Of a stretch of 64,000 bases of DNA, positions 7,882 through 19,300 are shown in pieces. The notes under the pieces are model-generated. The model saw only the letters and a program-made list of their open reading frames with translations. It had not been told where the DNA came from and ran no database searches. Made by a program: the position numbers and the translations under genes. Source of the stretch: a virus; the IMG/VR virus record IMGVR_UViG_3300012954_000007. One strand, written 5' to 3'. Each line of letters begins with the position of its first letter. Position 1 is the stretch's first letter.

Positions 7882-10593
7882 ATGAAACCCACACAAGAAG
7901 AAATCCAACAATTTTTAGAAGGGAGTGACCCAGAAAAACACATAGTAGCGGTAGAATATGACTATCGTAGTAGTTCTATATTTAAAATCAAAGAAGACCC
8001 AATTAATGGTAAACAGATAGTTAAAGATACTTTCGTACCTTTTGCTTGGGTTGGGGATTTAAGACCATACAATTTTTATTCTAATAGTAAGGCTAGGCAA
8101 AAAGAAGCTATGAGTAAACACGGGATTCTCATAGAAAAATTAAATAATCACGACCAACCAAGATTAGTAGATGGTTTAAATTTTATAATTAAAACCACTA
8201 AAACATATCAGAATTTAGTTTCCTTTTTCAGGGAAGGTGGTGTAAACCCTTGGGGTGAAAATAGTAGGTCTTCAATCATCATACTTAGTCCCGTAGAACA
8301 ATATCTAATTCAAAAAGAAAAAAGACTGTTTAAAGGTTTTGAAGACTATAATGACATACATAGATTAGTTTTCGATATTGAAACTACCGCACTTAGACCT
8401 ACAGACGGTATGATATTTTTAGTAGGTATATTAGATAATAGAGGAAATAGTGAAATATTTTATGCTCACGATGATGAAAGTGAAAGACAATTAATTATTA
8501 ATTTTTTTGAAACTCTTAACAGAGTTAGACCTACGATAATAGGTGGTTATAACTCTGCGTCCTTCGACTGGGAATGGATGTTTAAAAGAGCAGAAATATT
8601 AGGATTAAACATAAATGAAATTTCACACACACTACATCCAAATATTAATATTAGAAGAAAAGAATCTATACTTAAGTTAGGTGCAGAAATAGAAGATTAT
8701 ATGTCTACAAATATGTGGGGTTATAATGTTATTGATATTGCACACGCAGTGAGAAGAGCACAAACAATTAATTCTGACATTAAGTCTTGGGGACTTAAAT
8801 ATATCACACAATTTATTGGAGCTAATAAGGGTAGTCGAGTTTATGTTCCAGGAGATAAAATATCTTCAATATATGAAGAAAATAAAGATTATTATTTTAA
8901 CCCTAGAACAGGTAAATATAAATTAAAAGATACCGAAGGGTTAGAAAACTTACTTCAAAGACACCCAAATGTTTATGAAGAAGTAAACGGACAACACATT
9001 ATAAAAAAATATTTAGAAGGTGATATAGAAGAAACACTAACTGTAGATGAAGAATTCAATCAAGCGTCATTCCTTCTTGCCTCTATGGTACCCACAACCT
9101 ATGAAAGAGTTTCTACAATGGGAACAGCTACTCTTTGGAAAATGTTGATGTTAGCTTGGTCTTATAAACATGGTTTAGCTATACCTAAAAAAGATGAAAA
9201 AAGACCTTTTGTCGGTGGGTTATCAAGACTACTTAAAACAGGTTACTCTACTAATGTTCTTAAATTAGACTTTAGTTCCCTATACCCATCCATACAATTA
9301 GTTCATAAAGTTTTTCCAGAATGTGACGTTACAGGAGCTATGGAATCTATGTTAAAATATTTTAGAGACACTAGAATAAAATATAAAAAATTAGCTGCGG
9401 AATATTATGGGGTAGATGATAAAAAATCTTCTTCTTATGGTAGAAAACAATTACCTATCAAAATTTTTATTAACTCCATGTTTGGTTCTTTATCAGCTCC
9501 CCAAGTATTTCCATGGGGTGAAATGGATAGTGGGGAAATGGTAACTTGTACAGGAAGACAGTATTTGCGTCATATGATTAGATGGTTTATGGAAAGAGAA
9601 TACTCACCTTTAGTACTAGATACGGATGGTGTAAACTTTTCATCACCAGCAGGAGTAGAGGAACGTTTATATATTGGTAAGGGACATAATGAGTTAGTTG
9701 TGGAAGGTAAAGAGTATAGAGGTGCTGACGCTGATGTAGCTGAATACAATGATTTATACATGAGAGATGAAATGGGATTAGATACTGATGGAACTTGGCC
9801 ATCATGTATAAATGTAGCTAGAAAAAATTACGCACTTTTGACGGATAAGGGAAAGGTTAAATTAACTGGAAACTCTATTAAATCAAAAACATTACAAGGG
9901 TTTTTGGTGGAATTTATAGATGAGGGTCTACAAATGCTTTTAAAAGGTGATGGTAAATCTTTTATAGAACACTATTATTCTTATGTGGAAAAAATTTATA
10001 ATAAACAAATTCCCTTATCTAAAATAGCAAATAAATCTAGAGTCAAACTAACTGTGGCAGAATACAAAGAAAGAGCTAAAAAAGTCACTAAAGCTGGAAA
10101 TCCGATGTCGAAAATGGCACATATGGAATTAGTTTTAAAAGAAAATCTTAGAGTTAATTTAGGTGATACCATTTATTATGTGAATAACGGAACCGCTATG
10201 TCTCACGGTGATGTACAAAATAAAAAGTTAAAAGATGGGACTAAAGAAACTATTTTAAGGTGTTATAGAATCCCTGAAAAAGATATAGAGGAAAAACCAG
10301 ATATGTGTGGAGAATATAACGTAGCTAGATATATGAATACATTTAATAAAAGGGTAGAACCACTTTTAGTTGTTTTTAAACAAGAAGTTAGAGACACTTT
10401 AATCGTATCAAAACCAGAAGACAGACAATTTTTTACAACTAAACAATGTGAATTAATAAACGGTTTAGCTAGGAAAGAAGGTGACCAAGATGATTTAAAA
10501 GAAGTTCTTTCTATTTCGGACGAAGAGGAAGTTTTCTGGAATAAAGTAAAACAGGACCCAGAAAAATTTTTAGAACCTTTAGGAATTTTTTAA
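7882..10593 (+). CDS. family B DNA polymerase with 3'-5' exonuclease
   Basis: ExoI FDIETT, ExoII YNSASFD, motif A DFSSLYPSI, motif B KIFINSMFG, motif C DTDG, KNYA; ATG at 7882 preferred over GTG 7846. Confidence 0.95.
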   Translation: MKPTQEEIQQFLEGSDPEKHIVAVEYDYRSSSIFKIKEDPINGKQIVKDTFVPFAWVGDLRPYNFYSNSKARQKEAMSKHGILIEKLNNHDQPRLVDGLNFIIKTTKTYQNLVSFFREGGVNPWGENSRSSIIILSPVEQYLIQKEKRLFKGFEDYNDIHRLVFDIETTALRPTDGMIFLVGILDNRGNSEIFYAHDDESERQLIINFFETLNRVRPTIIGGYNSASFDWEWMFKRAEILGLNINEISHTLHPNINIRRKESILKLGAEIEDYMSTNMWGYNVIDIAHAVRRAQTINSDIKSWGLKYITQFIGANKGSRVYVPGDKISSIYEENKDYYFNPRTGKYKLKDTEGLENLLQRHPNVYEEVNGQHIIKKYLEGDIEETLTVDEEFNQASFLLASMVPTTYERVSTMGTATLWKMLMLAWSYKHGLAIPKKDEKRPFVGGLSRLLKTGYSTNVLKLDFSSLYPSIQLVHKVFPECDVTGAMESMLKYFRDTRIKYKKLAAEYYGVDDKKSSSYGRKQLPIKIFINSMFGSLSAPQVFPWGEMDSGEMVTCTGRQYLRHMIRWFMEREYSPLVLDTDGVNFSSPAGVEERLYIGKGHNELVVEGKEYRGADADVAEYNDLYMRDEMGLDTDGTWPSCINVARKNYALLTDKGKVKLTGNSIKSKTLQGFLVEFIDEGLQMLLKGDGKSFIEHYYSYVEKIYNKQIPLSKIANKSRVKLTVAEYKERAKKVTKAGNPMSKMAHMELVLKENLRVNLGDTIYYVNNGTAMSHGDVQNKKLKDGTKETILRCYRIPEKDIEEKPDMCGEYNVARYMNTFNKRVEPLLVVFKQEVRDTLIVSKPEDRQFFTTKQCELINGLARKEGDQDDLKEVLSISDEEEVFWNKVKQDPEKFLEPLGIF

Positions 10594-11451
10594 ACCATCA
10601 GAAGAAAGTATAAACCAGTTAGTGTTGTCCGATAACACTTCAATACTACTTTGTGGGCCCATATTAATTTCTTCCCACTCACCGTCTATTTTACCAGATT
10701 GTGTTTTGACTGTTATGTTAGCCATAGATTTAATATAAAAACGGTTAAGATTAGTATCGTTAAGTGTGATAGTTAAATCTTCTGTGGCTATAATATATCT
10801 TGTATTAAGGGTAATATAGTCTGTATTTATACTTACAGGTATATCCTCCGTATTCTCAACTGATTTTTCAACCACAGGGATTTTACCTTGTTTTAATACA
10901 CCAATTAATGCTATAGTAAGTAATTTATAATTTATACCGTCAGGTTCACCATTTTCATCATAAATTACAAAATCTTTAAGACCTACAGAATCTACTTCTT
11001 CAGCAATTAATCCTACCGAAGATTTTCCATTATTTATCCATTTAAATTTTACTGGTGTTAATTCTAAAATAGAATTTAATTCAGTAAGATTTATTGGTTT
11101 TATGTCTTTTTTATATTTTAAAGATGAAGCTACTCTAAATACTTCGTTAGTAGAAACATCTATTTCTAAGTCTGCTCCAGTACCTGTTGGGATTAGGTCT
11201 GAATTAATTTGTATAGCAGATTTACCAAACGTTAAATCTGGGTCTAACCCCATAGAAAAAACAGCGGTGTTAGCCGATGTTGAGGTAAAATTAAAGTTAT
11301 AGGTAGACGATGTTCCAGATTTATTAATTAAAACATTTTGTTGTAATCTACTACTACCCGACATTTCTGCGGTTGTATCACAATTTTGATAGACTTGTCT
11401 AGAAAAATCTACTTTAGTCCTAAGACCATATCCTGGATAATCGTACCCCAT
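10579..11451 (-). CDS. protein with peptidase S74 (intramolecular chaperone) domain, fibre-associated
   Basis: SSLKYKKDIKPI...LTPVKFKW...VGLIAEEV...INYKLLTIALIGVLK. Confidence 0.75.
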   Translation of the reverse strand: MGYDYPGYGLRTKVDFSRQVYQNCDTTAEMSGSSRLQQNVLINKSGTSSTYNFNFTSTSANTAVFSMGLDPDLTFGKSAIQINSDLIPTGTGADLEIDVSTNEVFRVASSLKYKKDIKPINLTELNSILELTPVKFKWINNGKSSVGLIAEEVDSVGLKDFVIYDENGEPDGINYKLLTIALIGVLKQGKIPVVEKSVENTEDIPVSINTDYITLNTRYIIATEDLTITLNDTNLNRFYIKSMANITVKTQSGKIDGEWEEINMGPQSSIEVLSDNTNWFILSSDGLKNS

Positions 11452-11452
11452 A

Positions 11453-12574
11453 TTATATTACATTATAGGGGTCTTGGAACGGCCTATACCCCAGAGCTTT
11501 ATTAAGATTTTCAGCTACTAGAGCTTTTCTTTCCATTAGTTTATCTTCCCTTAATCTTTCTAATCTACCCATTAACTCTTCTGTTAATTTTGTTTTTTCA
11601 TCTTGTGATTCACTAAACAGGGATGAATAGTCCATTGTAAGTTCACTATCAGGAACTTTTAACGCTCCACTAAATTTACCTCTTACTCTACCTAATGTTT
11701 CTTTTGCTAGAGCTGTAAAATATCTCCTAACCCAAGCTCTCGCTGGTGAGTTTAAATCAATCCATTCTATATCATTTATAGGTGCGTCCGAAGGAACTCT
11801 AATAATATCTTTATTTTCAGCTAAACAATCGTTTACATTATCAGGATTAACATCGTAATACCAATACCAAACTCTACCACCTTTCATTTCAGCATTACCA
11901 AAATCAAAATTACCACCAGGTACATTATATAAATGTAGATATCTAGTACCTTCAGGTCCAGCGGTAACACGATAAGTTAAATCAGAACCAATAAGTCTAT
12001 TTTTAATATTCCTGTCTTGCATTCTTAAAAGAATATCATAAGCTGGCATCATGTAATAAGAACCAACAATACCCATTTGTGCAAAACCACCAGCTCCACC
12101 CATACCGATACCACCAAAACCACCAAAACCACCCAAAAATGGGTCAACTAACATTTCATTTAGTTCTGGTCTATTAAACCACATTATTTCATTTATTTCT
12201 CTACCCGCGGGTATTTGATATATTTGTTGGTTGGGTACCAGTTCTACGTAATCCTTTTTTAGTATCCATGGACCCATAGTCTGTAATCCTACAATTTTAG
12301 AGTAAGCATAAGTAAAAGAACTTTCCCAGTCTAAACTTCTAGTTGTGTAAGCTCTAGCTAAATCCGCTTCGTCCACATTAATACCATCTAAAGAAGCCCA
12401 TTGATTTTCAATTAACCAATCATTTACATACATAGCATAATCTTGTATCGCTATTTCTAATAACGAGTCTAACATGTCGTCTTCTAATTCAACGCCTACT
12501 ATGGGTGCACCTAATTGGTGTTTTAGTTGAGTGTAAAGTCTTTGTTTATCTGTTACTGAAATATTAGTTGGCAT
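11453..12574 (-). CDS. neck/head-tail adaptor protein (T4 gp13-like)
   Basis: N-terminal QLGAPIVGVEL...D and C-terminal WVRRYFTALAKETLGRVRGKFSG, as in gp13-like neck proteins. Confidence 0.75.
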   Translation of the reverse strand: MPTNISVTDKQRLYTQLKHQLGAPIVGVELEDDMLDSLLEIAIQDYAMYVNDWLIENQWASLDGINVDEADLARAYTTRSLDWESSFTYAYSKIVGLQTMGPWILKKDYVELVPNQQIYQIPAGREINEIMWFNRPELNEMLVDPFLGGFGGFGGIGMGGAGGFAQMGIVGSYYMMPAYDILLRMQDRNIKNRLIGSDLTYRVTAGPEGTRYLHLYNVPGGNFDFGNAEMKGGRVWYWYYDVNPDNVNDCLAENKDIIRVPSDAPINDIEWIDLNSPARAWVRRYFTALAKETLGRVRGKFSGALKVPDSELTMDYSSLFSESQDEKTKLTEELMGRLERLREDKLMERKALVAENLNKALGYRPFQDPYNVI

Positions 12575-12612
12575 ATTCTTTTTTTATATAAATATTACCA
12601 ATTCTATTAGTT

Positions 12613-14373
12613 TCAAATATTATGTAACTCATTGAATAATTCTGTCATAATATCTGTCTCTGGATGAGAGGATATGTCACCCATCACCGTATCTATTACA
12701 TTTTTCTTTTTTTGAAGTATGTTATAAATTATTCTTTCAATGGTGTTATCAAAGGTAGGATAAAAACAAGAAACGTTTTTTTTCTGTCCTATTCTAAAAG
12801 CTCTATCTTCAGCTTGTGAATGGTCCGAAGGAACAAAACTTAAGTCGTTCATTATTACTGCTTCAGCAGCGGTCAACGTAATTCCAACACCACCAGCTTT
12901 TAAATTAGAAATAAAAATTTTAACTTCTGGATTGTTTTGAAATTCGTCTACAGATTTTTGTCTTTCTTCTTTAGACATTTGGCCATTTAAAATTACAGAA
13001 TTTTTAGGGTAATGGGAGTGTAATTCCATGAGTGGAGCCGTAAAATTTGTAAAAACTATTACTTTTTTGTCTTGTTCTAATATATCATTAATTATTTGTC
13101 TAGTGTGAGTAATTTTAGCAGAGGCAATAATCTGCCTTACCTTTGTTAATTTCGCTAAATGTATAGTTATACTTTCATTTTGATTTTCATCTGACCAAGA
13201 TAAATACTCACCCATTTCTTTTTCATATTCAGAAGATATTAACTCCAGATAAACGGGTGTAATAATTTTATCTGGTAAATCTAAAACGTCTTCTTTTAGT
13301 CTTCTAGTTATTTTATCTTGTGTACGGTCTCGTAACTCTTCTAGGTTAGAAGCTCCATTAACATTCCAGATTTTCATACCGTTCGGGGCTCTGAATTGTC
13401 TACCCTCGCAGTACCTACTAACATAAGTAATCCAATTGTTAGCCACCCTACTATTAACTAATTTTAATAAATTATAATAATTAATTGGTCTGGATGTCAT
13501 CGGTGTACCAGTTAGTAACCAAACTTTCCCTAACTTATTAGATATTTGATTTATTATTTTAGTTCTTTGTGCCTTAGAGTTAGATATGTAGTGAGCCTCG
13601 TCTATTATTATTCTTTCTATACCCGAATTTAACAAGGTTCTAATACTGTCATCTTTAAATGAGTGAAAGTTTTTTAAAATGTCATAATTTACTATAATAA
13701 ACTTCCCTTCTTTCCATTTCTTACCTTCAATAATTACAACTTCTTCATCGGTATAATTTTCTATTTCTCTTTTCCAGTTAATTTTTAATGAAGCGGGACA
13801 TACGACTAGGGTACGATTACTATTTTCTATTATACTAGCTAAAACAGCGGAAGTAGTTTTACCTAAACCCATATCATCCGCTAAAATATACATATCGTTT
13901 TTTAAAAGTGATTCTATAGCGGGTATTTGATGTTCCATTGGGGGTCTATGTGAAAAAGGTGTGTAGTCCACTTCTATTTTTTTATTACTGGAGGGGACCA
14001 CTTGAGACTTGGGTACCCAAAACGCATAAAGATTTTCTGAATCTATTACTTTACCCCATATGTGATATGATTTATCACCTTCCACTAATATTTTTTCTAC
14101 CCATATGTCTTTAGGTGCCTTTGGTAATAATTTCTTTTCTTGTAATTGTTCTGATAGATATGGGTCTATATTAACTCTTTTTCTAGCTATTTTAGGTATT
14201 ATGTTGTAGTTACTTAACACATAATCAGCTTGTTTTCTAGTTAGATTAAAATACTTACTTTTAATTTTTTCTTTTAAATCTAATATAAAATTATTTGCTC
14301 CACTATAAGTAGAGAGTTTAGTACGTGCTTCAACTTCAGGTATTTTTATTTCCACAATATGATAATTATCCAA
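12613..14373 (-). CDS. SNF2-family (HARP/SMARCAL1-like) helicase
   Basis: LADDMGLGKT, VCPASLKINW, IIDEAH, LTGTP, GVGITLTAA, QAEDRAFRIGQ; TTG start uncertain. Confidence 0.92.
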   Translation of the reverse strand: MDNYHIVEIKIPEVEARTKLSTYSGANNFILDLKEKIKSKYFNLTRKQADYVLSNYNIIPKIARKRVNIDPYLSEQLQEKKLLPKAPKDIWVEKILVEGDKSYHIWGKVIDSENLYAFWVPKSQVVPSSNKKIEVDYTPFSHRPPMEHQIPAIESLLKNDMYILADDMGLGKTTSAVLASIIENSNRTLVVCPASLKINWKREIENYTDEEVVIIEGKKWKEGKFIIVNYDILKNFHSFKDDSIRTLLNSGIERIIIDEAHYISNSKAQRTKIINQISNKLGKVWLLTGTPMTSRPINYYNLLKLVNSRVANNWITYVSRYCEGRQFRAPNGMKIWNVNGASNLEELRDRTQDKITRRLKEDVLDLPDKIITPVYLELISSEYEKEMGEYLSWSDENQNESITIHLAKLTKVRQIIASAKITHTRQIINDILEQDKKVIVFTNFTAPLMELHSHYPKNSVILNGQMSKEERQKSVDEFQNNPEVKIFISNLKAGGVGITLTAAEAVIMNDLSFVPSDHSQAEDRAFRIGQKKNVSCFYPTFDNTIERIIYNILQKKKNVIDTVMGDISSHPETDIMTELFNELHNI

Positions 14374-14396
14374 CCTAAATATAAGTAAAAACTAGA

Positions 14397-14408
14397 TATT
14401 TATAAATA
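14397..14408. promoter_or_regulatory. palindromic TATTTATAAATA, bidirectional late-type promoter motif
   Basis: Perfect 12-bp palindrome in the 48-bp gap between divergent genes. Confidence 0.5.
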
Positions 14409-14421
14409 AAAAACCATAGTA

Positions 14422-14937
14422 ATGAGTGAAAAAAGAGTACCTATAACCAGAGTAAACAAATTTTTTGCGGACGAAGATTTCAGACTCCAAGAGTCTATGG
14501 GTATGGAATACCTGCACGGTAATCTAAATTTTACATTAGTTTTATATAGTGTAGATAGAGATAAAAGTGTTACCGATGATGTTTATGGTGAAGCTGCTCA
14601 AGAAGAAATAAGATTTTTTCCCCCAGTAGAATTTAAAGCTCTGGTTAATATATCAGGACCGACTAATGATAGTTATGCTGGTGGTTTAATGAGATATATG
14701 GAAAGTGGTAACCTTACTATTAGTGTTTATAAAAAAGAATTAGAACAGTTGGGTATAGACATAAAATATGGTGATTACATCGGTTATCCAGAAACTGAAG
14801 ATTTTACAAGATATTTTACAGTATCTAATGATGGTAGAGTTGCGGGTGATAATGCTCATACCATACTGGGGTATAAATCTTTTTACAGAACAATAACTTG
14901 TGTACCAACTAGTGAAAACGAATTTAAAGGAATTTAA
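14422..14937 (+). CDS. head-closure/neck protein (gp14-like)
   Basis: DDVYGE...FFPPVE...KYGDYI beta-barrel pattern; directly upstream of tail terminator and sheath. Confidence 0.6.
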   Translation: MSEKRVPITRVNKFFADEDFRLQESMGMEYLHGNLNFTLVLYSVDRDKSVTDDVYGEAAQEEIRFFPPVEFKALVNISGPTNDSYAGGLMRYMESGNLTISVYKKELEQLGIDIKYGDYIGYPETEDFTRYFTVSNDGRVAGDNAHTILGYKSFYRTITCVPTSENEFKGI

Positions 14938-14939
14938 TT

Positions 14940-16040
14940 ATGGGTAAGATTAATAAAAAAATCAAAAAAACACTTAATATGTACCCTGTGGTTAGAAATC
15001 AACCACAATACCCTTCTGGTTATGATGGTTTATCCACACCTAAAAGAAGAAAACAATTAGCAGAATTTATTAGTGAAGATGGGACTTTCTTACCTAAAAG
15101 TGTATTACATGCAGATTTAGACAGAGGAATGTTAGATTTCGTAAAAGACCGTTTAAAAATAACCGTAGACGGTAAACCCATTTCTGTAGTAGACCAAATA
15201 CTAACCATCCAAAGGTGGGCAGAGTTTTCTAATACCTGGTCTTTTTCTGATAAAGATTTAAATCCAGAAATACCATTTTTAGTTACAGTTAGAAATCCAG
15301 CGGTACAATATGGTTCTAATCCTTCGTTAATTTATACTATCCCAGATAGAAGAACTTTTCATTATGCTAAGGTACCAACTTGGGACGGACAAAGAAAAGG
15401 TATGGATTTATACAAAATACCACAACCTGTACCTGTAGATATTACATACAACCTTAAAATTGTTTGTAACAGAATGAGGGAATTAAACCAGTTTAATAAA
15501 GTAATGATGCAAACATTTACTTCTAGACAAGCGTATACGTTTGTTAAAGGCCATTACATTCCTATAATTTTAGAAACTTTAAGTGATGAAAGTCAAATTA
15601 CTGATAACGAAAAAAGAAAGTTTTACACACAAGACTACCAATTACAATTACAAGGATTTTTGATAGATGAAGAAGAATTTGAAATTACTCCCGCAGTTAC
15701 AAGAAAGTTATTAGTCTTTGAAACTGATTTAAAAACTAAGAAGAAAAAAATGGAACCCACAAAAGAAAATCCAAAAAGTATTTTTACAGAAACATTTACT
15801 CTTGATGCTGGTTCAGGTGCACTGATTATTCCTTTTGAGTTCGATGCTAATGTGGAGGTTACTGAGACCACCAATAACGATAGTTATACAGTGGGTATTG
15901 AAATTGATGGGGTCACAGATTTAGTAAGTGACGAATTTACAACTTACTACATATCTAGAGGTCAAAATCTAAGGTTCTCTCTAAACGCAATAGACGCGTC
16001 TCAACCACAAACAATTACCCTACAAACAAAATTTATTTAA
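14940..16040 (+). CDS. tail terminator / sheath stabiliser (gp15-like)
   Basis: QRW, PQPVPVDITYNLKI...RELNQ, LQLQGFL motifs; directly upstream of sheath. Confidence 0.65.
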   Translation: MGKINKKIKKTLNMYPVVRNQPQYPSGYDGLSTPKRRKQLAEFISEDGTFLPKSVLHADLDRGMLDFVKDRLKITVDGKPISVVDQILTIQRWAEFSNTWSFSDKDLNPEIPFLVTVRNPAVQYGSNPSLIYTIPDRRTFHYAKVPTWDGQRKGMDLYKIPQPVPVDITYNLKIVCNRMRELNQFNKVMMQTFTSRQAYTFVKGHYIPIILETLSDESQITDNEKRKFYTQDYQLQLQGFLIDEEEFEITPAVTRKLLVFETDLKTKKKKMEPTKENPKSIFTETFTLDAGSGALIIPFEFDANVEVTETTNNDSYTVGIEIDGVTDLVSDEFTTYYISRGQNLRFSLNAIDASQPQTITLQTKFI

Positions 16041-16198
16041 TGGTCTCCATATATATCTTTTTTAGGAGAACATTTTTCTTTTATTAGTTTTTCAACAAAT
16101 TGAAACATTTTTAAACCTTTTTGTTCACAATAGTCCTTTAACAGTTTGTGAACCCCACTATCTATTTTTATGTTTTTTATCTTTTTAGAGTAAGCCAT
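16037..16198 (-). CDS. small ribbon-helix-helix-like DNA-binding protein (53 aa, not in ORF track)
   Basis: MAYSKKIKNIKIDSGVHKLLKDYCEQKGLKMFQFVEKLIKEKCSPKKDIYGDH: alternating beta strand, helix, G turn, helix; alternative ATG at 16204. Confidence 0.65.
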   Translation of the reverse strand: MAYSKKIKNIKIDSGVHKLLKDYCEQKGLKMFQFVEKLIKEKCSPKKDIYGDH

Positions 16199-16206
16199 AA
16201 CCATAA

Positions 16207-16235
16207 GTATGAAAAAAGTATGTTTTTTTTCATAC
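16207..16235. promoter_or_regulatory. inverted repeat, candidate operator
   Basis: GTATGAAAAAA-GTATGTT-TTTTTTCATAC: 11-bp arms, three GTATG/CATAC half-sites. Confidence 0.5.
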
Positions 16236-16330
16236 CAGAACTTGTAATAGTCAAAAATGTGGTAATCTTTTGGGATTAGAGATAATATTTATTAATAAAA
16301 TAAAAACAAAACACAAAAAAATTAATTAAC

Positions 16331-19300
16331 ATGGCAGCAGACGGAAAAGTTTTTGTATCCCCAGGGGTATACACGTCAGAAAAAGATTTAAGTTTCGTAG
16401 CATCAAGTGTGGGAGTAACCACATTAGGGTTAGCTGGTGAAACTCTTCAGGGTCCAGCTTTTGAACCTATTTTTATAAGTTCATACGGTGAGTTCCAAAC
16501 ATATTTTGGTAGTTTAAATCCAGAAAAGTTTACTGAAACTCAAATCCCGAAATACGAATTATCATATATTGCAAAAGCATATCTACAACAATCCAACCAA
16601 TTATTCGTAACTAGAGTATTAGGTTATTCAGGGTATGACGCAGGACCTTCTTGGTCTATAACCACTGTCGGGAATCCTGATTGTGAAACAATAAGAACAC
16701 AATGTGCGGACACGGTAGGGACATTATATAGTGCTTCGACATGTAATACTGGTACTCCTTTTGAGTCTACCACTGGTTCTACAGCACAAGTTTATACAGG
16801 AGCTCTTTCTCTGTATTTTACTGGAGCTACTGATGTGTTTAGTGATTCTAGTACATTAACAAAACCTGCTTCTCAATTACCTTGGCCTATTTCAGAAAAA
16901 ATAAATAGCACTTTGACTAAAACAGACGGTAGTAATACTACAATTTCTAATGAATTAGATAGTCTATTGTCAACTTACTATAATTCACTTCCACCTCACG
17001 ATACTGGTTTAGGATGTGCGACTGGAACAACACCTTGTTTTGCTGTTATGACTGGTGGAACAAGTCAAGAAATTGCTTTTGGTTGTAATTATGATGGTGA
17101 TGAAGTTTCTGGTAATACTTTATATAATGGAACTTTCTTAGAAAACGCTGGAAACCCTACAACTTCAGGTGTTACTTACCAAACTAAATTTAGTGGAGTA
17201 ACAGAAACACAAGTTTTAGGTTCTTCATGTAACCCTAAACCATCAGTATTCTGTAATGACATTAATGACCCATGGTTATATGGATTCTTCGATATTATTC
17301 CTGGAACCGACCAATATACAGGATTCTCTTTAAGTATTGGTGTTAACACTAACGATGTGTTAGATGTTAGTACTTCTGCTGAAACAACCTTATACTCAGG
17401 AGCTTCTGCTTTAAGATATTCTTACACATTATATACTGGAGAAACTTTCTGTAACTATAACGATTTAGTTGTAGCGACATTCCGTTCTAGAGGTGTAAGT
17501 ACACAAACATCTGGTGGACCAATTTACCAAGTTACTGGAGGAACAGACGTTACTATGGTTTGTACGGGTAATACCTTCGCAAATATAAATACAGACCCAT
17601 TTGCTACTTTTGGTATTGACGTAACCGATGTTGACGGTGATACATTTAGATTTGAAACATCACTAGCTTCGTCATCTAAAGACTTTGTAAAAAGAGTGTT
17701 CGGTGTAGCACCATTCGATAAAGACATGGAACAAGTTCCAATTTTTGTAGAGGAAGCTTACCCTAACATGTTAACATACGCATATAAGAAAGGTTATATT
17801 AAAGGGTTAAACTGTAGTTTATTAGATTTACCTTCATATAGAGACTCGAATAACACAGGGACTATAGGTTTCTATCAAGAACAATGGCAAACACCAGTTA
17901 CTCCTTATGTTGTTTCTGAATTAAGAGGTACTAAAGTATACAAACTATTTAGATTCATTTCTATATGTGATGGTAACGCTGCAAATACACAAGTTAAAAT
18001 ATCTATAGTTAACATTTCTTTCGAAAGAAACGAGTTTGATATTTTAGTTAGAAGTTTCTACGACACAGACGCTTCACCAGTAGTATTAGAAAGATATACA
18101 AGATGTAGTATGAATCCTAATTTAAACTCTTTCGTTGGAGTTAAGGTTGGTACAGCTAACGGTGAATATGAATTGAAGAGTAGATACATAATGGTAGACT
18201 TAGACCCAGAACAAGAAACTGACACTAACCGTCACGATGCTGTTCCTTGTGGATTTGAGGGTTATGTGACTAGAAATTACTTAGGAGAACAGAGTCCTAC
18301 TTTATATTATAAAACAAAATACAATAAACCTGGAGATATAATCTGGAACCCTCCTTTCGCGATAAGTTCTACTGTTGATAATTCTACAATTAGTGCGGGA
18401 GACAAAATCAGGAGAGTCTACTTAGGTATTTCAGATACTGCAGCATCAGCTTACGATGATGATTTCTTCCAGTATAAAGGAAAACAAGCACCAACAGACA
18501 AGTGTACTGATTTAGACGGTACAGATTGGAACTGTTTAACACAAGGATTCCATATGGATAGTGGAGCAACTTGTATCAACACATTAGGTGAATTATGTAT
18601 TACTACTCTTTGTAAAAATTGTGGTAGTGGAACTACTACTGAGGACCAATACTCTGTAGGTGTGGCACCGTTTAGAAGTGAACCTACAAGTGCAACTGAC
18701 CCTTACTACACTTTACAGTCTAGAAAATTCACGTTAGTACCTTATGGTGGTTTCGATGGTTGGGACATTTATAGAAAATCACGAAGTAATGGTGATAGTT
18801 ACGTTAGAGGTAAATCAGGTTTCTTAAACGGAGCTTGTACTTCAACTACATTCCCTAACGCGAGTGGTGATGGTTCATTTAAACTATTATCTAGTACTCC
18901 TTGGGGTGAGTCTGGTTTCTTCGCAACGACTGACTATTACGCTTACTACTTCGGTATTAGAACATTTAGAAACCCAGAAGCGGTTAATGTGAACGTATTA
19001 GCGACACCAGGTATTGACTACGTAAACAATAGTAACCTTGTAGAGGAGACGATTGATATGGTTGAAACTGAAAGAGCTGATTCATTGTATGTTACTACAA
19101 CACCTGACTACAACTTATTTGTACCAGGAGCAACAATAGCATCAAACATAATCCAACCTACTGAAGCGGTAGATAACTTAGACTTAACAGCAATTGATTC
19201 TAACTACACCGCTACTTACTACCCATGGGTACAGTACAACGACCAAGAAAACAATACAAGAGTATGGTTACCACCTACTTATGATGTAATGAGAAACATC

